Positions 1 to 13,218 of a stretch of DNA of 64,000 bases are shown here, piece by piece; within the stretch, counting starts at the first letter, position 1; each line of letters starts with the position of its first letter. The notes under the pieces were generated by a model. That model made no database searches. It was not told the origin of the DNA and saw only the letters and a list, made by a program, of their open reading frames with translations. Source of the DNA: Antechinus flavipes (lineage: Eukaryota). The stretch spans positions 245,954,001 through 246,018,000 of the forward strand of contig NC_067400.1 in assembly GCF_016432865.1 (NCBI RefSeq), given 5' to 3'. The translations under genes were made by a program, and so were the position numbers.

Positions 1-240
1 ACCAGAAACAGGACAATCCTAAAGCATGCAATTTTAGAAAAAAGTTGTATCTTGGTTTGTTGAAATTTATATACCAAATGGACTAATTGTTCATAGCATT
101 TCACTGAAAAAAATTAAAATATGTATTGTCCTCCAATTGTTGAATTAAAGGGCCAATTTTTATATTAGATCAATACTATGAAAATGCTTGTCAGATAACT
201 TGTTCTGAGGCACCCTGAGAGGAGTTTAATAAGATATTGA

Positions 241-379
241 GGCAGAGATTCCAAACATGGCTAGCATGTGAGGACCCTCTGTCCACTGGACCCTCTGTCC
301 AGTGCCCTATTTATCTCTCTTCCCCTATACTTTAACTTTGCTTACCCAATAATAAACCTCTTTTATCAATCTAAAAAAA
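241..379 (+). mobile_element. Short retroposed LTR-like 3' fragment with poly(A) and 13-bp TSD
   Basis: AATAAGATATTGA at 228-240 and 380-392; AATAAA at 351-356; A-run from 373; internal direct repeat GGACCCTCTGTCCA at 272-285 and 288-301. The TSD and poly(A) are seen directly; LTR origin is inferred. Confidence 0.7.
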
Positions 380-2211
380 AATAAGATATTGAAAAATATG
401 GTTACAGATTCAATTTTCACATGTCTATCTATGATCATAAATTTAAATTTTCCTATTTGGACCCAACATGACCAGTTCATTTATGAGGAAAATCACATAT
501 TTCACTAAGGCTTTCCTCATTATGTGGAATTTTGGTGACTGGTTAAGGCTAAAATAATTTCTGACTCAGTTTTAAGATATCCACTGCTAGTTGTACATTC
601 CAGACTATTTCTTTTCAGTATCTTCTATCAATTTACAACTTGATCTGATGTATTTTTTCCCTCTCTTGTTTGTTGATATGTAAACATCTTTACTCTCTAT
701 TGACCTGCTATAAACTTTTAAAATTTATCTTTGAAATATTCCCTTTCTCTTTTGGTAGATGTTATTTCCTCTTCTGGTATAACTAGAAACTATACAAGAT
801 TTATGAAAACTTTATCTGGTGCTCAGTGGACCTTTTTTTTTTTTTTTTTAAAGAAACCCTGAAACTGTGCTCCAAACAAATATATAAAGACCAGCTATTC
901 AAATGTCTCTGTGTTGATAAGAGCAACTGGAAGCAGCCTCTACCAATGAATCCTTAGTTCATATAAGAAATTTAAATTTTACTTTTTATCAAATAACTGA
1001 TATAATTAGAAAGCAAGGAAAATGTGATACAGCATCTCAGAAGACAAAGTTGATCTGCATCCAAGATTATAACTAGGTTGGTAAAGTCAGGACAGTAAGT
1101 AGGAAGATAAGAGAGGGAAAAAATTGTTTTTGAAGATGAGTCATGTTGAAACCTTTTGAAATTTTGTGAAAAATTGATGTTGAAGTATAATAAACAGAAG
1201 GATTTTCTGCCTTTGTTGCACTTTGGGCCCTTAAAAAGACCATGTTACCTTAGGCTCTCAAATCCCTTTTTGCTATTTTCCTTTTTTGTTGCTGTTGTAG
1301 TTGTATATCAAGTCCACTAGTAGCTGCGAGGAAGAATTAAAAAATCTGTTTTTTTTTGTACATTTTGTTTTGTACACTTTTTGAACACTATTATTTTCTA
1401 AATTCATCTGGAAGGAAAGAGTATGCTAGAGGCAGGTAGTACACTCACCCACATACCCAGGTCTTAGTTCTGATCACAAAGTGTGTTGTGATATTTCATA
1501 ATGATGTTGCATTGTCACTGTTGTGGCAGCTTTATGTTGTCACTGTCTCAACTAATTTCTTCATACTTAAAATATTTCCTATCATCCTATGGAGGTGTAT
1601 GGAATAAGCAACTTTTCAGTAATATTTGTTTCTTGGGATAAAGGAACTAGATCACTTCAACTATAATTATAACAATTTTAAAATTCATTTGGCCTATTCA
1701 GATCACATATAAATAATTTTCCTGAGTTTTCCCTACTTGTAAAGTATTTTTTTTTATTAGATTAAAAGTTTAATTATTAAAAGAAGTCTTGGCTATAAAT
1801 GAAGTTGCACAGAATTTGCTTACAATTCATTTTGTACTATGACCCCACACTAAGGTTGAATTACCCCTTAAGATCTCCCCTAAATGCCTTACTTCTAGTA
1901 GATGAACCAAAATAGTTTTTTTTGTTGATATTAAAAGCCTGAATCCACTTCAGAATCTTACCTTCATGTATTTTACTAGTAGATATTGACTTGTCAATAG
2001 GATATAATTTCTACTATAAATCACATTGATTCCAGAACAATGATTAATTATAGCATATTTAAAATATGCAAATGATATGGTTCCTATAAATAATTACCCC
2101 TAGTCAGAAAGGAGAGATTGTGTAGTCATAGGTCCATGGCACTCTTGTGAGCACAGTCTCATTGATGAATAAGAGTATTATGAGATGAAATTTGGTTCTA
2201 AATGACCTAAG

Positions 2212-2423
2212 CTTTGAAGCTCTATAATCCTCTGATTCTTGGAACAAAGTTCAATAGAACAGACTCATAGTTATTAACCAAACTACTAAACTTTCTTTAT
2301 GAGTGTCAGTACTGGCAATTAATCCATAGATTAATGGGATGTTGTAAAGCAAATTCTTTTGAGGTATGAGAAAGAAGTGAGGCTGAATAATATACTCCAC
2401 CCATTAGCAAGAAAAGTATAAAA
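2212..2423 (+). promoter_or_regulatory. KRTAP11-like proximal promoter
   Basis: CTTTGAAG (HK1/LEF1-TCF motif) 2212-2219, TTTATGAG (HOXC13-type) 2296-2303, CCACCC 2397-2402, TATAAAA 2417-2423. Confidence 0.7.
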
Positions 2424-2500
2424 GCCTTAGCACAAATGGTGACATTCACACTTGGGGTTCTTAGTCTTTGTAATCAAACCAAACCTTCTCTTCTGACACC

Positions 2501-2926
2501 ATGCAGTACAATTGCTCCTCTAGAAGCTACTTACCTAGGTTTCGTGGAGAACCATGCAACATTCCAGCTGTCTCTGCTGGATCAAGGGAGGCAGAATGCC
2601 AGAATGGAATCTATTTACCCAGTTCCTTCCAAGGTAGTTCTTGGCTCCTAGATCACTGTCGAGAAACCTGCAGTGAGTCCACAAGTTGCCAGTCAAGTTG
2701 CTATCCAACGATTAGCTGCACCTCTGGCTCTAGCCAAGTAACTTCCTGCCAACCAGGAACTTGTCATACCTCCAGGCCCTTGCAGGTTTCCTTCAGTCGT
2801 CCATGCACCTTTGTCTCCAGTAGCTGCCGACCATGTGGTGGTGTCTCCAGTGTCTGCCAGCCAACTTGCAACATCACTAGGCCATATGAACGACCTTGTA
2901 CATCCAACTGTCGTCCAACGTGCTGA
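2501..2926 (+). CDS. KRTAP11-1: Keratin-associated protein 11-1-like (PMG/high-sulfur KAP), 141 aa, single exon
   Basis: LPSSFQGSSWLLDHCRETC and the C-terminus GVSSVCQPTC...CTSNCRPTC match KRTAP11-1 (LPSSFQTGSWLLDHCQETC; GVSTVCQPAC...CVSSCRRTC). Kozak GACACCATG, upstream TATA, AATAAA at 3238, and position next to KRTAP7-1/8-1. One-to-one orthology is not proven. Confidence 0.85.
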   Translation: MQYNCSSRSYLPRFRGEPCNIPAVSAGSREAECQNGIYLPSSFQGSSWLLDHCRETCSESTSCQSSCYPTISCTSGSSQVTSCQPGTCHTSRPLQVSFSRPCTFVSSSCRPCGGVSSVCQPTCNITRPYERPCTSNCRPTC

Positions 2927-3237
2927 GTATTCAGGATCTAATGAGCAAGACCCATCAACTGCATTTTTAGGATCTGCTGCATGCTACCCAATCTACAACT
3001 GATTATTGACTGCTGACTTTTACTTGAACTACTTCTGACTACCAGCTATCCATAAATTTACTCTTGGTTACCTACGAGTTTCCTGGCCAAGTGAAGCTTA
3101 TCTTAAAGGCTGCTCATTGAATCAATAGAATCTTCAAATATTTTCAGACATTCTCCATGTAAGCATATGTTTTGATGATTTTGACATTTCAAGCTTACTA
3201 TATTTCTTTTCCTTCAGTGTCTTGCTGTGTATTTCTG

Positions 3238-3243
3238 AATAAA
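3238..3243 (+). terminator. Poly(A) signal of KRTAP11-like gene
   Basis: First AATAAA about 310 nt after the stop codon, followed by GT-rich sequence. Confidence 0.65.
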
Positions 3244-3446
3244 GTTGCATTAACTGTCATTGCAAACAATGTCATCAGAGTTTTTCTGTCTTTATTATTT
3301 ATATTTATATGTATATTTAAGAATTTACCAGATACTGGTAAACTATTTGCTTTAGTACAAACTCAATTAGCACTGGTTATGTGGCATGGTGAAGATATGT
3401 TGCAAATTAAATAATGTGATTATATTGAAAGAACTCTTGGAGACAG

Positions 3447-4116
3447 AGTTAAGATGATGAAGTAACAGTAGAGACTCTCCTGAGTTCTCTCCCAAAACTC
3501 CTCAAAATACTTTAAAATAATGACTCTAAATAAATTCTAGAGTGGCAGAATCCACAAAAAAGATGGAGTGAAATTATTTTTTAGCCCAAGACAACTTTGG
3601 AAGTCTGTGGAAAAGGTCTATTGCACCAGGGTGAGAGAGGACCACAATCTTATGCATGTAGCCCCAGTAAGACTGGCCCCAGCAAACCAGGAACAAGCTT
3701 CAGGATGACTGAATCAATGGCAGCTATGGCAGTATATAGTATATAATATATAATAAGCATACAAATTAACCCCTACATAGTAAGGGAATTGAAAAGTGGG
3801 TCAGAAGGAGATTCACAGGGTTCCCTTTGGTGACACCAGGAGCATCACTTTGTTGCAATACCTCTACTTAGATCTGGGTCTCAGTCATGGATCTTAATTT
3901 CAATGTGATGAGAAGTATTACACAAATCTGAGCTTCTGGGCACAGGGGAATAGAAACTCTGGTCACAGTTCCATGGCAGAAAAGAGTCCTTGTTATCTCT
4001 CTCAAACCAGTGCACAGTACAGGACAATAATAAATACAATCTCTTCCTAAATTATACCACCTCAGAAAAATAAAGAACTTACAAGTACCCAGAATTATCT
4101 CTAAAGACAGCTGCAC

Positions 4117-4148
<32 letters not shown>

Positions 4149-4878
4149 AAAAAACCCTGAGACTTGGAACAGTGCCCCCTTTACTTGGAAACTAGGGTCT
4201 CATTTTAGCATAGTAAAGAGTCAAGAAATAAGTTAGAAATTGAGAGAATGACAGGAAAAAAATCTGACCATAGAAAGTTACTATGGTGTCAAGGAAGATC
4301 ACACACATGCTCAGAAGAAAACAACAGATTCAAAAATTTCTGCATACCTTAAGCTTCAAAGAAAAATATGATTTGGAAGAGTTAAAATAAAGTGAGAGAA
4401 GTTGGGGAAAACTTGAAGAGAAATGAGAAGTAAGAAAATAATGGGGAAAAAGTCAATAGCTTGATAAAGAAGGCACGAAAATACTAAAGAAAATAATATA
4501 ATAAAAACAGAATAAATCAAATGTCAAAAAAGGCACAAAAATCTAATGAAGAGAAAAATGTCTTGAAAAGAAGAACTTGCTAAAATGAGGAGGGTGATCA
4601 ATAAAAATTCACTAAAAAAAGGATTCCTTAAAAAGTAGAATTGGTCAAATGGAAAAGGACATATAAAAGCTCATTAAAGAAAATAAATCCTTGAAAGTTA
4701 ATGGAAGTGGAAGCTAATGACTTTATGAGACATCAATAAATAATCCAACAAAATCAAAAGAATGAAAAAAATAGAATTGGAGAAACAAATGATATGGGAA
4801 ATAGATCCAGGAGAGATAATTTAAGAATTATTAGATTACCTAAAAATCATGATCCATAAAAAGAGAAGAGATAGAGTT
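3447..4878 (+). mobile_element. L1 5'UTR plus degenerate ORF1
   Basis: Marsupial L1 5'UTR-like start (gttaagatg...); A-rich ORF1 relic containing AATAGATCCAGGAGAGATAATTTAAGAATTATT (NRSRRDNLRII). Confidence 0.75.
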
Positions 4879-4887
4879 AAGAATTAA

Positions 4888-5042
4888 TTTTTTGGGGTTT
4901 TTGGCTGAGGCAATTGAAGTTAAGTGACTTGCCCAGGGTCACACAATTAGGAAGTGTTAAGTGTCTGAGACTCAAGTCAATAGACTCAAGTCCTCTTGAT
5001 TTTAGAGCTGGTGCTCTATTTACTGCACCACCTAACTGCCCC
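4888..5042 (-). mobile_element. WSINE1-type core SINE with TSD
   Basis: Reverse complement of the ggggcagctaggtggtgcagt...aagtcacttaac...attgcctcagc pattern; TSD AAGAATTAA at 4879-4887 and 5043-5051. Confidence 0.85.
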
Positions 5043-5449
5043 AAGAATTAAAAAAGGCTATCGAAATTGTTTTAAAAAATTTATAATTATATAAAAATGT
5101 AATTGACAAAATAAAATATTAAATAAGTTTTTTTTTTAAAACCCAAAGGAATTCTGTCTTTTTATGTCTCTAGTTCTTGGTTTTAGATCACCAGATTTGG
5201 TTGAATGATAAATGTGAAGTTGAATGCAATTAGTTATTCAAAGAACATTCTAATCACTTGGCCATATCAGGACTCTCTCCAAGACAGTAAAATAAAAAGA
5301 AAACTCTCAGATATCAAGGCTTCAAAATTTATGCCAAAATTGTCAAAAAGATCGGTTAAAACTGTATAAAATGTCCACAAAAAAGAATTTCTTTCATCAG
5401 ATACATAACTTTTCAAGAATATTGTCTTTAAAACTTCTGTTTTAATTAG

Positions 5450-6232
5450 AATAGAAAAGAATTGAACAATGATGAAGAGTGAGGTGAGCAGAACCACATT
5501 ACATTGTATACAGCAGTAACAATATTGTTTTAAGAATGATTTAGTTTTGAGTGTAGACCACAACATAGCATTCTCACTCTCTCTGTTATTTGCTTGCATT
5601 TTGTTTTCTTTTGCAGTTCTTTTTCTTCTTCCTTCTTGATCTTATTTTTCTTGTGCAGCAAGATAACTGTATAAATATATATACATATATTGGATTTAGC
5701 ATATATTTTAACATATTTAATGTATTGGATTACCTGCCGTCTAGGGGAAAGGCTGGTTCTGCTTGTTTTGCTCAGCATCAGTTCATGTAAATCTTTTCAG
5801 CTCATTCTAAAATCAGCTTGTTCATTATTTTTCATGGAACAATAATATTCAATTACCTTCCATACCACAATTTATTCAGCCATTCCCTAATTGATAGTCA
5901 TCTACTCATTTTCCAACTATTTGCTATCATAAAAAGAGCTGTTACGAATATTTTTGCACATGTGGGTCCTTTTACCCCCTTTATGATTTCCTTGGGATAC
6001 ATATGCAGGAATGGCACTGCTGGATGAAAGAGTATACACAGTTTGATAGCCCTTTGTACATAGCTCTGCAGAATGGTTGGATCATTTCACAACTCCATCA
6101 CGAATGCATTAGTGTCCAATTTTCCTATATCCCCTCCAACATCTACCATCTTTTTTTGTCATCTTAACCAATTTGAGAGGTGTGAGGTAGTACCACAGAG
6201 TTGTTTTAATTTGCACTTTTCTAATCAATAAT
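5450..6232. mobile_element. L1 3'UTR (+) joined to L1 ORF2 3'-end fragment (-)
   Basis: 5450-5750 matches the L1 3'UTR seen at 45590-46000; 5750-6232 is the reverse of the L1 ORF2 C-terminal region. Confidence 0.7.
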
Positions 6233-6239
6233 GAGTTTA

Positions 6240-6474
6240 AATTTTTTTCTCTTTATTAAAGCTTTTTATTTTTCAAAACATAGGCATGGATAATTCTTCA
6301 GCATTAGCCCTCGCAAAACCTTGTGTTCCAATTTTCCTTTGCTTCCCCCATGCCCTCCTCTAGATGTCAAATAGTCAGTCAAACATGGTTGAAATATATG
6401 CTAAATTCAATTTTATTTATTGATATTTATACAATTATCATGCCACACAAGAAAAATCAAATCAAATCAGTAAC

Positions 6475-6505
<31 letters not shown>

Positions 6506-9345
6506 AGAGAGAAGTAGAATAAAATGCAAGCAAACAACAAAAGTGAAAATGCTATATTAAGAACCATATTCAGTTCCCACAATTTTCTCTTTGGGTGTAG
6601 ATGGCTCTCTTCATCATTAAACAATTGGAACTGGTTTGAATCTTCTTATTGTTGAAGAGATCCATGTCCATCAGAATTGATCATTGTATAATCTTGTTTT
6701 TACTATGTATAATGATCTCTTGGTTTTGCTCATTTTACTTAGCATCAGTTCATGTAAGTCTCTCAAAACCTCTCTGAAATCATCCTGCTGATAGTTTCTT
6801 ATGAAGCAATAACATTCCATAACATTCATATACCATAATTTATTCAATCATTCTCCAATTGATGGGCGTTTATTCAGTTTCCAGTTTCTTGCCATTACAA
6901 ATAGGACTGCCACAAACATTTTTGCACATGTGGGTTCCTTTCCCTTCTTCAAGATCTCTTTGGGATATAAGCCCAGTGCAAACACTACTGGATCAAAAGA
7001 CATGCAAAGTTTGATAACACTTTGGGCATAATTCCAAATTGCTCTCCAGAATAGTTGGATCCATACACAGTTCCACCAACAATGTATTAGTGTCCCAATT
7101 TTCTCTATATATTATATAAATGAGACCTTTATCAGAACCTTTGAATGTAAAAATGTTTTCCCAGTTTATTGCTTCCCTTCTAATCTTGCTGCATTTATTT
7201 TGTTTGTATAAAAACTTTTAACTTAATATAATCAAAATTTATTTCTTAGCCAGTATCAAATGATTTTGATTACTACTGATTTATAATATAGTTTTAGGTT
7301 TGGTACTGCTAAGCCATCATCCTTTGTATTTTTTTTTTTTTTTAGTTCCCTTGATATTCTTGGCCTTTTGTTCTTCCTGATGAATTTTGCTATTATTTTT
7401 TCTAGTTCTATAAAATAATGCTTTGGCAGTTTGATTGGTATGCACTGAACTAATATAAGCAGAACTGTCATTTTTATTATATTAGCTTGGCCTAGCCATA
7501 AGCAATTGATAGTTTTCCAATTGTTTAGATCTGACTTTATTTGTGTGAGAAGTGCTTTGTAATTGTGTTCATATAGTTGTTGAGTTTGTCTTGGCAAGTT
7601 GACTTCCAAATACTTTATTAGTCTATAACAATTTTAAATGGAATTTCTCTTTCTATATCTTGCTGATAGGCTTTGCCAGTAATATATAGAAATGCTAATA
7701 TTTGTGATGATGCTGATATATCTTGCAACTTTGCTAAAGCTGTAAATTATTTTCAGTAGGTTTTTGGATGATTTTCTAGGATCCTCTAAAAATATCATCA
7801 TATCATCTGCAAAGAGAGATAGTTTTATTTCCTCATTGTCTATTCTAATTGCTTTAACTTCTTTTTCTTTTATTATTGCTAAAGCTAACATTTCTAGTAC
7901 AATGTTGAATAATGGTGGTGATAATGGGCATCCTTGTTTCACCCCTGATCTTATTGGGAATGTATCCAGCTTCTCTTCAATACAAATAATGCTTGCTGTA
8001 GGTTTTATGTAGATACTGCTTTTTATTTTAAAGAAAGCATCCTTTATCCCCATACTTTCCAGTGTTTTTAATAGGAATAGGAGCCATATTTTGTCAAAAG
8101 CTTTTTCTGCATGCATTGATATTATATGATTTCTGTTGGTTTTGTTATTGATATGGTTGATTATGAAATAATTTTTAATATTGAACCAGCCCTGCATTCC
8201 TGGTAAAAATCCTACTTGGTCATAGTGAATTATCCTATGAATAGTGGATTGATAAGTTATTGTGATGTCTTTGCTAATATTTTATTTAAAATTTTTGCAT
8301 CAATATTCATTAGGTGGATTGGTCTGTAGTTTTTTTTATCTATTTTGGCTCTACTTGGTTTTGATATCAGTGGCATATTTTTGCCATGGAAGGGATTTGG
8401 CAATATTCTTTATTTATTTTTCCAAATAATTTACATAGTATTGGAATTAATTGTCCTTTAAATGCTTGGAAGAATGCACTTGAATCCATCTGAACCTGAG
8501 AATTTTTTCTTAGGGAGATCATTAATAACTTGTTAAATTTCTTTTTCTACAATGGAACTATTTAAGTAATTTAATTCCTCTTCTGTTAACCTGGGAAATT
8601 TATGTTTTTACAAATATTCATCCATTTTGGTTAGTTTGTAAGACTTGCTGTCAGAGTTGTACAAAATAGCTCCTAGTTATTGCTTTAATTTCTTTGTCAT
8701 TGGTAGTAAGTTCATGCTTTTCCTTTTTGATGCTGGTGATTTGATTTTTTCCTTTCCTTTTTCTGATCAAATTAATCAAAGATTGATATATTTGTTTTTT
8801 TTTTCATAAAGCCAACTCTTATTTTTATTTATTAGTTCAATAGTTTTCTTAGTTTAAATTTCAATTCATCTCTCCTTTGAGTTTCAAACTTTATAATTTG
8901 GTATTTAATTGGAGGGTTTTAATTTGTTCTTTTTCTAGCTTTTTTTAGTTGAAAGCTTAATTCATCAATCTCCTCTTTATTTTATTCATCTATTTAGAGA
9001 TATATAATGAATATCTCTAAGATATTGCATTATCTTAATAATAAGAACTGCATTAGCTGCATCTCATAGATATAATATGTGGTCTCATTATTGTCATTCT
9101 CTTGGATGAAATTATGGATTGTTTCTGGAATTTGTTGTTTGAGCCTCTCATTTTTTAGAATTAGATTATTTAATTTCCAATTGGTTTTTAGTCTATCTTT
9201 CCCAACCCTTTTATTGAATAAAATTTTTATTGCATTGTGGCCTGAAAGGGAAGCATTTACTATTTCTGCCTTTCTGCATTTGATTGTGAGGTTTTTATGC
9301 CCTAACACATAGGCAATTTTTGTTTTTAGGTATCACGTATTGCCA
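6240..9345 (-). mobile_element. L1, internally deleted (3'UTR, RT and EN relics)
   Basis: T-rich 3' end at 6240; ORFs 7256-7609, 7634-8197 (RSGVKQGCPLSPPLFNIVLE...LSLFADDM) and 9030-9308 are ORF2 fragments. Confidence 0.9.
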
Positions 9346-9597
9346 AGAAAAAGGTATATTGCTTCCCTTGTAATCTTGTCTTCGATGTAATTCAGATCAG
9401 TTTGATGTATGCTTTCCTAGACTTACTAGATGCTAGACCTTATTTTGGGTATACTAAAAACTTCCACAGAATGAATGACCTCTGGGTAATTCTAACAGTA
9501 TGTCTCTGACCACAGTCTTGTATATCCTTAGTCTGAACCACAGTGCTAAATCTGAAGACCCATTCTAATACATAATTAAAATAACAATAACTGAGAC

Positions 9598-10300
9598 TCC
9601 AGGAGTTAAGATAGTGGAGTAAGCAGTGAATTGGGTGCAGAAAGAAGGGACAGGTAGGATAGGGTAAATTATTTCACATTGAGGTGGAAAAAACCTATTA
9701 CAGAGGAGAGAAAAATGGAAGAGTGGGCAATGGGCATCACTTTAACCTTACTCTCATCATTATTTGCTCAAAGAGGAAATAATATATGCAATCAGTTAAA
9801 TAAAGGAATGTGTTTACCCAACAGGAAATAGAAGGGGAAAAGATTAAGGAAAGAAGATGCACTGACAGAAAGAGAAGCAGATCAGTAAACACAACAGATG
9901 GAAGTAAAACACTGGTAAAGGAGGAAAAGTAGAAGAGAACAAACAGAAGGAAAAACAGGATGGAGGGAAATACATAGTTAGTCTTTATAAATATAAATAT
10001 AAATGGTATGAACTCTTCCACAGAACAGAAGCAGATAGAGTGGATCAAAAACCAGAATTCTACAGTATGTTGTTTACAAAAAACATACCTGAAACAGAGA
10101 CATATACAAAATAAAGGCAAGGTACTGGAGCAGAATTTACTATGCTTCAGCTGAAGTTAAAAAAAAAAAAAGAAGCAGGGATAACAATCCTAAGCTCAGA
10201 CTAAGTAAAAGCAAAAATAGATCTAATTGAAAGAGATAAGGAAGGAAACTATATCTTGCCAAAAAAAAAAAAAAAAGATAACGAAGTACTATCAATACTA
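9598..10300 (+). mobile_element. L1 fragment (inter-ORF spacer and EN start)
   Basis: Same spacer/EN sequence as 42500-43260 (tggatcaaaaaccagaattctacagtatgttgtttacaa). Confidence 0.7.
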
Positions 10301-11014
10301 AAATGTTAGATCTATGGAGAAGGAAAGAATTCATGACCAAATGTTTTCTTTTTTTTTTTTTTGAATCTCTTTGGAGTAAAAGCCTAATGGTGATATTGTT
10401 AAGCCAAAGGGTATATACAGTTTTCTAACATTTTGAACCTAGTTCTGAATTGTTCTCCAGAGAGGTTATACCGGTTCACTATTCCACTAATAATTCACTG
10501 GTATTTCTGGTGCTCTTCTTAGATTTTTGTGGTAGTAGTTCTATGGAGAGCTAGGCTGTACTGGTTCCTACTTTTTCTGGATCTCTAGTTCCCTTTCTGG
10601 TTATATACCTATTAGCTTTTTTAAAATATAGCCTAGAATTTTCACAATATTTGAAGTTAAATCCCTTGTTTATACTTGGCAGGGTTTTTAAAAATTTTTT
10701 TTAAATTTTTCCCTTCCTAAAGTAGAAACATCAATCATCCTTGTAATTCTTCTTTTTTTTCCATAATCTTTTACATATCATTTATAGTAACTCAGCAATG
10801 TCATTAACAATTTTTTTTTCATTCCATAAGAATGTAGTTTATTTAGAGAAAGTGGTTTGGATTTTTGACAACAGCTCTAAAATCAATCACACAAAGTCAC
10901 CCTCTACAACCAATTTTCTTCACACATAAATCTACACTACTAATTTGTTTAATCTCTATTTGTAGCATGTATTTTTTATGTAGCATGTATGATTGTATAA
11001 GGATAACATGGGGG

Positions 11015-11330
11015 GAGTAAGAGTAATGTGGCTCAATGAATAGAGCACTGGGCCTATAGTCACTGAATTTTTTTTTTCCTGAGGCAATTGGGGTCAAGTG
11101 ACTTGCCTAGGATCACATAGAACTCACATTCTCCTGACTTCAGGGCTGATACTCTATGCAGTATGCCACCTAGCTGTCCCGAGTCACTGGATTTGAGTTC
11201 AAATCTAACTTCAGATACTTAATATCTCTATAATCCTGGACAAGTCACTTAACCTGTTTGCCTTAATCATTGAAGAAGGAAATAGCAAACTACTATCAGG
11301 ATCTTTGTCAATAAAACCAATATCGGCATG
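11015..11330 (+). mobile_element. MAR1-like SINE with nested internally deleted WSINE1 (11071-11181, -)
   Basis: Core SINE split by a reversed WSINE1; imperfect TSD agtcactg(a/g)attt at 11058-11070 and 11182-11194. Confidence 0.65.
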
Positions 11331-13218
11331 CTCTAATCACAGAGACACAAAGAACTAGGCACAACTTAATGAATAACAACAACATGTAACATGTTGATCA
11401 TTACATGATCATTACACACATGGCAAGATAAACCCATATATAGTAACAAATAGGGCACATGATAGAGAAATCCCAATGAACTGAAATGGCTAATCACTTT
11501 TCTCTCTTTGTTAGTTTTCAGGCTTCTAGCTTGCCAATAACTATAGAGTAAGGGAAATTTTATAATTTTAGATTACATATCTCTCTTTGCTTTTACCTCT
11601 TCTTTTGGGTTGATTTTAGAATATTGTCATATTTACTTCCATTGGTTTTCTGAATACCTGTGAAGAATTCATTGTTCATCACTCACTCCTATATATTCCA
11701 CTGTGAGTACAGGAGGACTCTTTCTGACCTTCTGACCGTTATAGCTATATATAACACTAAATCACAAGACAGAGTTTCCAGTTGTTAGCATGTTTTATAT
11801 AACATTAGAATCACAGGGAATGATGCATTGATTTTAGTCTTCACTGACTGGGAGCAAAGAGTGTACATCACTGGGAAAAACTCCATCTCCACAGTTATTG
11901 GTTATTTTGAGAAAAATTCAGATTCTGATATAAAATTACATTCACCTTTTCTTTTTTTCCTTTTCTCTTTTCTTTCTTTCTTTCTTTTAAGAGTTCATTT
12001 CTCCAGGTTCTACTCTTTTCTTTTCTTTGGAACTCTTAAATTATTTTTAATCTTGTGTTAAAAACACATTCCATTTCAATACAGAAAGTAAATCTAAACT
12101 AATAACTGAATTTAAAGGTGATCCTTTAAATTGTCCTTGATTTCCTCCAAATTATAACAATTTTTTTTTCTGCAAAAACTCAACTTCTTAACTGGTTCCA
12201 AAGCACAAATCACTCCAAATTACTTACATAATTTCCTTCACATTTTATTTAGTTACACCACTTTTTTAATATGGACAAAAATATTGGAAACTACACCAGC
12301 AGTTTTAAAAAGAATTCACCTCACCATATGGTGATTCAAATGAAATCAGTTATAGAATATCTATACTTCAAGATACTACCTTTATATATCCTATTTCTCA
12401 AAGAACTAGTCTCCTCAGAATCCTTTACTTAGAGAAGTTGATTGAAAAATTTTTTGATATTTTTGTTGAAACCCTAGTAATTTATTTTCATTTTTTAGTA
12501 TATAATTGAGCAAAATACTTCTCTGACAATGTGGGCCTTGTTTGCCCTCCATTAACAGTAATTTCTCCTTTCTCATTTTAAGAAAACATTTTAATGTTTT
12601 TGGACAAAAAAAAATTTCCCAGAGGATTTCTTTGCGTGCATCCCCAAAATGTTCCTATTTTGTCAAATTTTTGTTATCTTTGACAATATTTTGCTTGCTT
12701 TTTATGATTTTTCTTTAATGTGCTCATTTTGAAATTTATTAACATAGTTTATATAAATAATATAATTTAATTTCCACTTAATTTTGAATATTTTCCTAAA
12801 ATTTTCCTTGTTCATTATTTTAAAAATTATGTTATGGTTAGTAAGAGATGTGTTTAACATTTCATCTTCATTTGTTTTTAAGCATTTTGCATCCCACTAT
12901 ATATCTAATTTTTGTTACAGTATAATTTAATGCTTAGAAATATATTTATAAATGCATGTGTGTGTATATATTGACATTTCCCAGGATTAAACAAACCATA
13001 TAATGGGACATAAAGTATATACATATAATATCTATGATATGCTATAAATATATGTAATACACGTATATATCATTTACTTTGTACCTTATCATATGTATAC
13101 TCCTTTAATTTCATCTGTCATCTATATCTATATGTACACAGTTATAACTGTTGCTTAAAATTCTCATTAAGCAATTGTCATATACATGCATTAATAATAA
13201 ATACACATGTAAATGTAT

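Noticed and set aside
11600-12450. Unassigned non-repeat-looking DNA left of the EBLL, examined for further viral genes
   Set aside because: The frames I translated (about 12120-12450) showed no recognisable N, P, M, G or L motifs; a database search is still warranted.
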